Shown: piece by piece, positions 55,801-64,000 of the stretch
Layout: each line of letters opens with the position of its first letter
Position numbering within the stretch: the first letter of the stretch is position 1
From: Hemiscyllium ocellatum
Lineage: Eukaryota
DNA length: 64,000 bases
NCBI RefSeq assembly: GCF_020745735.1
Contig: NW_026867677.1
Location: 1-64,000, forward strand
Direction: 5' to 3'
Translations under genes and position numbers: made by a program
Notes under the pieces: generated by a model
The model's input: only the letters and a program-made list of their open reading frames with translations
What the model was told of the DNA's origin: nothing
The model's database searches: none

Positions 55801-55934
55801 TGTCTGAATGTTTCATTTCCAGTTTGGTTTTCTCTTTGTGAATGACCACCTCAATGCATCTATCTGTTTCATGTCCCATTTGTTTATGGCCCTGATACTT
55901 GATTGTTCAGCCCTTTCCTGCTGTTTACATTCAA

Positions 55935-58900
55935 TGTAGACAGGGAGGAGTCTGGAGGAACACAGCAAGCCAGGCAGCGGAGTAGATTAGATTAGATTCC
56001 CGACAGTATGGAAACAGGCCCTTCAGCCCAACCAGTCCACACTGACCCCAAACAGTAACCCACACAGACCAATTTCCCCTCTGGCTAATGCACCTAACAC
56101 GATGGGCAATTTATCATGGCCAATTCACCTGATCTGCACATCTTTGGACTGTGGGAGGAAACCAGAGCACCCGGAGAAAACCCATGCAGACACAGGGAGA
56201 AAGCGCAAAATCCACACAGCCAGTCGTCTAAGGCTGGAATCAAACCTGGGCCCCTGGTGCTGTGAGGAAGCAGTGCTAACCACTGAGCCACCATGCTGCC
56301 CCCTTCTCTACAGTGTGGAAACAGGCCCTTCAGCCCAACAAGTCTCCACCGCCTCTCCGAAGAGCAACCCACCCAAACCCATTCCTCTACCACATATTTA
56401 CCCCTGACTAACACATCTAACACTGTGGGCAGTTTAGCACAGCCTATTCACCTGACATGCACATTTTTGGATTATGGGAGGAAACTGGAGCACCCGGAGG
56501 AAACCCATGCAGATACAGGGAGAATGTGCAAACTCCTCGGAATTGAACCCAGGTGCCTGGTGCTGTGAGGCAGCAGTGCTAACCACTGAGCCACCGTGCC
56601 ACCCTAGTTGACATTTCGGTGTGTAACTCTTTTTCAGGAATGGGGGTGAGGGGGTGGGTGTAGGGAGAGCTAAGATAAAGGGGGTGGCAGGGACGGGATG
56701 ATGAAGTGGGGATTGGTGATGACAGGTAGAGGTTATGACCTGGTTGGTCAATGGGAGGAATGAATGCGGTAGCTGGCAGGAAGGAGTGGAAGGGAGAGAG
56801 AGAGATTTGGAAGGGAGACAGGGGAGTGGGAAGGGTGGTTATATGAAATTGAAGAACTCAATGTTGAGTCCTCTGGGCTGTCAGCCGCCCAGGCGTAATA
56901 TGGGGTGTTGTTCCTTCAGTTTGCAGTTTGGTTTGTTGTGCCAATGGAGGAGGCCAAGGATGGTCATTTCAGAAAGGGAGTGGGAAGGGGAATTAAAATA
57001 GAGAGTGACTGGGAGGTCAAGTTAGCCGCTCCAGGCCCAGCTAAGATGCTCGGTGAACCATTCCCTAAGTTTATGTTTGGTCTTCCCGATGTAGAGAAGA
57101 CCACATCGGGAGCAGCTGATGCAGTGAATTAGGTTGGAGGAGAGGCAGGTGAACCTCTGTCTCACCTGGCAGGACTGTTTGGGGCCCTGGATGGAGGTGC
57201 TGGGGTTGGTGTACCAGCAGGCTTTGCATCGTTTTGAGTAGCAGGGAAGGTACGTGGGGTTCGGGAGGGTAGGTGGGAGAGTGACGCAAACCAAGAATTG
57301 TCAAAGAGAATGGTCCTTATGGAAGGCGTTCAGTGGTGGGGAGAGGAAGATGTATTTGGTGGTGTGGTTTAGTTGGAGTTAGCAGAAGTGTTTAAGGATG
57401 ATGTTTTGGATACGAAGATAGGTGAGGACAACGGGGACTCTGTTTTAATTGTGTTTGGAGGAGGCTGGATTTAGAGCAGTGGAGTGGGAAAGGGAGGAGT
57501 GCGTTGGATGACAGAAGGAGGAAAAGCACATTGTTCATAATAGGTGGACATCTATGATCAGTGGAAGGTCTCCTCATCTGAGCAGATGGGGAGGAGGCAG
57601 AGGAATTGGAAGAATGGGATGGAGTTCTTGCAGGATACTGAATGGGAGGAGGTGTGGTCCAGTTAGATATGGAAATCTGTGGCTTTGTAGTAAATGTCTG
57701 TCTGAAGATTGTCACCAGAATTGGAAATGTAGTGGTCAAGAAAGGGGAGGGAGGTGTCTGAGATGGACCAAGGGAATTTGAAGATGGTGTGGAAATTGTG
57801 GGTGAAGTCAATGAACTGTTCCAGTTCAGCCTGGGTGCAGGATGCTGCACCGATGCAGTCATTGATTTAATGGCGGAAGAGTTGGGGAACAGAGCCTGTT
57901 TAGATACTGAAGAGGGACTGTACAACATAGTCGATAAAGAGGCAGAAGTAGCTGGTACCCATTTGGGTGCCCATGGCCACCCCCTGGATTTGGAGGAAAT
58001 GGGAGGAGTTAAAGTAAAAGTTATTGAGGGTGAGGACCAGTTTGGCGAGACAGAGGAGGGTATTGGAGGAGAGAGACTGTATGGGTCTGTTGGAAAGGTA
58101 GAAGTGGAGGGCCTGGAGGCCATCCTTATCGGATATGGACATATATAATGACTGCACGTCCATCGTGGAGATAACGCACTCAGGGCCGGGCAACTGAAGA
58201 GATGGAGGGCATGGTCGGTTTAGCATATGTAGGTGGGAAGTGCCTGAACTAAGGAGGAGAAGATGGAGTCGAGGTAGGATGAGAGGAGTTTCAGTGGGTC
58301 AGGAGCATGCTGAAATGAGGGGTTAGCCAGGTAGTTGAGCTTGTGGATCTTGGGGAGCAGATAAAACTGGGCATTGTGGGACTGGGGGACTATGAGATTG
58401 GAGACAGTGGAGGGGAGATCACTGGAGGCAATGGGGGCACAGACAGTGTGAGTGATTTTGGTCTGATGGGTCACAGTGGGGTCATGGGCAAGGGGGAGTT
58501 AGGACATGGTGTCTGAGAGTTGGCGTACAGCCTCTGTGACATGGCTACAACCGTTCTCCAGATTACCACCCCTCTGCCTTTGTCAGCGGGTTTGATGGTG
58601 AACCAGGGATTGGTGGGAGAGAGTGGAGCACAGCATGTTCGGAGGGAGTGTACTTGGAGAGTGTGAGGGGGTTGGAGAAATTAAGGCGGCTGATGACACA
58701 TCAACAGTCAGCAATGAAGAGGTCTAAGGTGGGGACACAGCTGGTGGGGGGGAGGGGGGTTTACCAAGCAGAGGAGGAATGTTGGAGACAGGAGTAGGGG
58801 TCCTCAGAGGGAGGTTGTGAGATTGTGTTAAAGAAGAAGACATGGAGGTAGAGGTGGCAGAAGAGCTCCACATCCTGGAGGGTGTGGGATTTGTTGAGGT

Positions 58901-59330
58901 GGAGGCACAGGGGAATGAATGTGAGCCCTTCCATGAGGATGGACCTTTTGGCCTCAGAATGTTTGAGATCGGGATGCATAGTAAATATGTAACAAGGCAA
59001 GGGGTGGAGTTTTTGGGGAGAAAGAGTGATGGCATGTGGTGGGCGAGGGGTGGTTGTGATGTAGCATGGGGGAATGGGTGTGGGAGAGAAAGGAGATTGG
59101 GTCGGAGGTTTCTAGTGGAGTGAGGTGGGGGAGTGGGAAGGTGGGGATGAAGTGAAGAGGGAGAAGTGGAGGGAGAGGGTGCACTGTGGGGGTGTATGGG
59201 TGAGGAGGAAGAGCGAATGTGCTGGCTGGCTGCAGGTAGGCAGTAGGACTCAGGGGTAACCCTGGGAAATGTAGTTGCAATCTTGGTTGCAGAGTGGGAT
59301 GGGCAGAAGTGGAGGCAGAGGCTGGAGTGA
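55935..59330 (-). mobile_element. Long degenerate Penelope-like element with two nested HE1-like SINEs (55984-56300, 56305-56604)
   Basis: RT: TMDVQSLYMSI...QIQGVAMGTQMGTSY. GIY-YIG: NLIHCISCSRCGLLYIGKTKHKLREWFTEHL. A degenerate hammerhead sits at 56609-56637, and the tail resumes at 55935-55980 beyond the SINEs. Confidence 0.88.
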
Positions 59331-59344
59331 AGTCAAGGCTTTTC

Positions 59345-59632
59345 TGAGTGTTTTGACCCGGGTTTGATTCCAGCCTCAGGCAACTGTCTGTCTGCAGTTA
59401 GCACATTCTTCCCATGTCTGCGTAGGTTTCCTCTGGGTACTCTGGTTTCCTCTGACAATCTAAAGACATACAGGTTAGGTGAATTGGTCATGCTGAATTG
59501 CCCATAGTGATCAGGGAGGGGAAAAGTAGGATAATAGGATAGGGGATTGGGTCCTGGGTTGGTTAATCTTCCAAGGATCAGTGTGGACTTGTTGGGCCAA
59601 ATAACCTGTTTCCTCACAGTAGGGATTCTTTG
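59345..59632 (+). mobile_element. HE1-like SINE, 5' truncated
   Basis: GACCCGGGTTTGATTCCAGCCTCAGGCAACTGTC...GGTGAATTGGTCATGCTGAATTGCCC. Confidence 0.82.
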
Positions 59633-61281
59633 ACAGTCCATTCCAGATTCCCACCACCCGTTGAGTGAAAAAGGTCCTCACCAAATCTCATTTGCGATGT
59701 TCATGATGAAACCTTTCAAACCATTATTTTGTCTCGTGTCGTTTAGCTCTTGAGCTCCTTGTTCAATAAATGTTTTATTCCTTTTGATAAAATATGAGTT
59801 CTCTGGCATGGACAGTTACCTTTTCCAATCAGGGAGCCCTGGCTGACAGATACAAAGGGGCATGTCAGAAGGACTGATACTCTGGGACCTGACTCTGAAT
59901 AACAACCTGCCAACCAACCCCCTCCTTCTGTCACCCTCAATCTCCCCATGCTTACTCTTGTTTCACCTTCGATCCAGCCTGTGCTGCCTTTGGGAGAGGT
60001 TGGCCTTCCCTCCATCACCCAGGAATGTGGTCATCATCCCAGAGCAGTCACACTTTTAACCTGAGGGTCATCACAGCTGGGGCAGGGGGAGAGAAGGTGG
60101 CACCTTCATGGTGGTCATACCTGTCATTAATCCACCGCAACCTCTCTTGGGGCTGCAAGAATTCAACCTCCCTCCCTCAGACAGCTCCCCTCCCTGGAAG
60201 GTAATATTGCTGCACCTTGTTTTGGGTTAATTAACCACTGAAATATGACTATGGGGAGCCAGCATTGGCTGGGCAGGCAGCCACGACTGCTCTGACCCTG
60301 GATTCAGAAAATTTCCTCGGAATTGAGCAACACATTCGGGAGCACAGTGCCCACTGCCTCTGAAATTCCTCACTTACTGAGAATACACTCTCAGTATTCA
60401 CCTTTCTCAGCTGCCATCTGAATTGACCATAAATTCTGTGTCCAACGATCCTTCCAGCTACCTGATGAAGGAGTAGTGCTCCAAATGCTTTTACTTCCAA
60501 ATAAACCCATTTGACTATGTGTGATTTGAAACTTTGGCCATCTGAATGAGCTGCCATCTCAGACTGAATCAGCTGAACTGTTTTTCATTCATGATTTGAG
60601 AAGATTAAAGCCTAATCTTCAATCCCCAGCACAAAACCCATTCTCAATCCATCGCTCGGAGACACATACCTCAGAGAGACACCTACAGGCAGCACAGAAT
60701 AACACACTCACACTGAGAGAGAGCAGCACTGAGTAACACACTCACATTGAGAGAGAGCAGCACTGAGTAACCTGCTCACACTCCATGCTGCCTGCAGGAG
60801 TCTCCGAATGTGGGTGTTGTTACTCAGTGCTGTCTGTGGGTGTCTCACAGAGTAACACACCCACACTCAGAGACCTACAGGCAACATTAAATTAAACACT
60901 CACGCTCAGAGAGACACATAAGGCCGACAATGTTGGTCAATGGCAGAAGATAGTTTCAGCAGCTTACCAACATGTAGCAGAGATTGCACAGTACGATCCC
61001 ATCAGCTGGGCCTGGACCAACAGAGTGAAGAGGGAATGCATCAGATTGTACTTATTGAGTCCTAACAGCTTTCAGTTTCTGTTCTTTTTGGAATCTTGCA
61101 ACCTGCATAAATTCCTGACCAAAGGTATCATTTGAAAATGATTAATGATTGATGATTGTAATTGATTGACAGGCTAACCAGCCAATCTTGACAATGACCT
61201 GCTGAAATGCAGCCAATCAACTGAGGTGGGGGGAAGACATCTATTTCCAAAGCACACAGAGACAGAGACTGAATCTTCATC

Positions 61282-61287
61282 TTTATT
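61282..61287 (-). terminator. Polyadenylation signal of C4
   Basis: TTTATT on + (AATAAA on -) at the position homologous to C1/C2/C3. Confidence 0.7.
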
Positions 61288-61813
61288 CCCTTTTCCAGAT
61301 TTACATTGACAGAAAACAGACTGCAATTAACATCCCAGACAGAGGAAGCTGCTCAAATTCACAGCCACATTGGAGCTTGAGGAAAACACTTGTGGAGATT
61401 TTCTCAATAACACGATAATCCTGTCCCTTTAAACAGTGACAAAACCTTAAATTGGAACTGGCGGCTGAGCAGGAAGGAGATCTGGTTTATTGAAGCAGAG
61501 AAGTCTGAGGTCCACATTGTTTTGTACAGCTGACAGTCTTCAGCAACTTCAAGAGATTTTACTTGGCATCACAAGTCAACTATGTCCCCATCAAACACTC
61601 CCAGGACAAGGTACAGCATGACGTTTGACATCGCGTAAAGCTCTCTCGACACTGTCGCAATGACCTGCTTTAACATCCAAACCTCTAAAGTTTCTCTGAG
61701 CAATCCTGAGAAGGAAGAGAGTTGAAATTCAGTACTGATAATGACCTTTGTCCTCCCAGCTCAGCCCTGTCCTATTTAAAGTTGTATCTCCTCTGTGGAC
61801 TGTCTCCAACACT

Positions 61814-62142
61814 CTACACACATTCTGATCTCCTGATGCTCTTGCTGAGGGGAGAGGGGAGGGTCACGTGGGTGAGGGCACAGGAGAAGCGAGCGTTGGA
61901 CTCCCAGTCAGACCCAGAGAGGGTCAGCAGACTGCTGACACTGTAGGTGCTGTCCGAAGCTCGCAGGTAGTTGCTGGTCTGAACCCCGTCCGAAATGACT
62001 GCACCGTCCTTCTTCCACTGCACCTCCAGCTCATCGGGATAGAAGTGATTGGCAAGGCACACCAGGGTGGCAGTGCCCTTGGCATTGATCTGCTCTGGGG
62101 AGGGAGGCAGCAGGGTCAGCTTGGGCTGAGAGTTGTCATGGC
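61814..62142 (-). CDS. IGKC: Ig kappa constant exon C4, intact, opposite orientation
   Basis: Minus-strand TTTCAG acceptor (AG at 62144-62143). The exon is 329 nt like C1 and reads (S)HDNSQPKLTLLPPSPEQINAKGTATLVCLANHFYPD...FSCALTHVTLPSPLSKSIRRSECV*. Confidence 0.97.
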
Positions 62143-62399
62143 CTGAAAGATAAGAGGAGCAATTTTAATCCCTGTCATTCGAAGGGAATTCAACCTTTAC
62201 AATATTCACTGGCAATACAATCTTTTTGAACATTTTTGGTCAATACAGAATAAACCTGACAAATGAACAGGCATTGTTCAAATTGCCTCTTGGGAATGTG
62301 AGGGTCACTGGCAGGGCCAGCATTAATTGCCCATCCCTAATTGCCCCTGAGAAGGTGATGGTGAAGCAGCAGAGAGAGAAGGGACAGTTTTAGACCATT

Positions 62400-64000
62400 G
62401 TTTATGGAATGACTGTGAGCAACTGGAAGGGTTATCACTGGGGGAGCATTTCAGCGACAGTGCTCAAAACTCAGTGAGATTGAGACTATGGATGGAAGTG
62501 CAGTAAGTGTAAAAGTTTTCATTTAACTAAACTGTGTGGTGCTTTGGTAAAAGTGGACTGGAAGCAGTGACATGATGGGAAATCAGTGTCAAGGCAGTGG
62601 GAGCCCTCGATGGACGAGTCAGAGATCATTCAAAATCTGTTCCTACAAAGAGTAAAGGTGGGACTTCCAGATCTAGACCAAATGAACAAGAGGATTGGGG
62701 CCATGTCCTGACATGGATTGGGAACTGGTTGGCCGACAGCACAGAAAGAAGGAGTCTTTTTCTGAATGGCAGGTAATTACAACTTAGGGTGTCACAAGGG
62801 TCAGTCCTTGGTACCCAGTTATTCATAATATATAATAATAGGGTCAAAGAATCATAGAGACCGAAAAGGCTCATCAGCCAATTGCGTCCATATTGGTCAA
62901 CAGACAACAACCCAATAATTGTCATCCATTTTTCCAGCAAAAGGGAATTAGATGCAATGTGTATTAAAGAAGGAATTAGATATAGTTCTTAGGATTAAAG
63001 GGGTGAAAGCATAACAGGGGACTGTGTTGGATGATCAGCCATGAACATACTGAATGGTGGAGCAGGCCTGAAGGGCCGAATGGCCTACTGCTGCTCCTGT
63101 GTTTGATTTTTCGATCTGTTTCTCAGATAATGAAGGAATGTCTCTTGTCAGTTTGAAGCTTGAGGTCAGATGTGTGTGGAGGTGGAAGATGTGGCCATGG
63201 TGATTAATGCAGGTCAGTGAGGTGGTTCAGAAGACACATGGGAGAAACTGTTTTTCTTTTTCCCTTGATGGAATGAGGGAATTGCTGGATCAGCAGCATT
63301 TTTTGCCCATCCCTAATCACCCAAAGGGCAGTTTAGAGTCACCCACATTGCTGTGGGTCTGGGGTCACATGGTAAGGATGGCAGTTTTCTTCCCTAAAGG
63401 ACATTAGGGAATCAGATGCTTTTCCTGACAATCAACGATGGTTTCATGGTCATCATTAGACTCTTAATTGCAGATTTTGTTTTGATTGAATTTGAATGCC
63501 ACCATCTGCTGGATTCTAACCCTGGTCCCCAGAACATTACCTGGATCTCTGGATTAACAGTTCAGCAATAACACCATTAGACCATCACCTCCCTTATCTC
63601 ATTTTTGGTTGACTGTGAAAGCAAGGAGTTTGTTTATTCTGGAACTGTATAAAACCCCAGTTAGAGCACAGTGAGAGAACTGTGTACGGTTCTGGTCACC
63701 ACATACAGGAAGGATGTGATCCCTCGAGAGACCAGGACAGAGGAAGAGTTTATCTGGAATGGGGACTTTGAGCTTTGAGGAATGATTGGATTGGCTGGGA
63801 CTGTTTTCTTTGGAACAGAGGTGGCTGAGGGAAGATTTGATGGTGGTGTGTAAAATGATGAGGGGCTTGGATAGGGTGTGTAGGAAGGACTGATTTCCAC
63901 CAGCACAGAGGGCAATAACCATGGGGAGAGATTGAAATCAGTTGGGGGCAGGATTAGAGGGGGGTTGAGGGTATTTGTTTTCATCCAGAGGTTGGTGGGA
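62400..64000. mobile_element. CR1 fragments and a tRNA-head SINE (63250-63595, -) in the J-C intron of the C4 cluster
   Basis: GTCACAAGGGTCAGTCCTTGG (VPQGSVLG-like), CR1 3' tails, and the second SINE family in reverse. Confidence 0.75.

Overview
Cartilaginous-fish genomic DNA, probably a carpet or bamboo shark judging from the repeat families. It covers part of a cluster-type immunoglobulin kappa light-chain locus (shark type III / NS4-like). The window holds one + strand leader-V-J-C minilocus (about 4.1-14.8 kb) whose V and J carry several inactivating lesions but whose C exon is intact. It also holds an orphan, damaged C exon (33.9 kb), a C-exon remnant (47.0 kb) and an intact C exon on the - strand (61.8-62.1 kb) whose V/J would lie beyond the window. 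Each C drags along a paralogous downstream unit, so the window is built from direct and inverted segmental duplications. These are heavily invaded by CR1/HER1-like LINEs, HE1-like and other tRNA-head SINEs, Penelope-like elements carrying minimal hammerhead-ribozyme motifs, and retroviral relics. The most interesting signal is a duplicated CpG-retaining element with an exact CTCF core (CCACTAGAGGGCAG). It occurs as a divergent pair (40.06 kb and 53.03 kb) between the oppositely oriented clusters and is decayed in a third copy (31.28 kb), making it a candidate insulator system for shark Ig miniloci. All counts are by hand, repeat boundaries are approximate, and no database searches were run.
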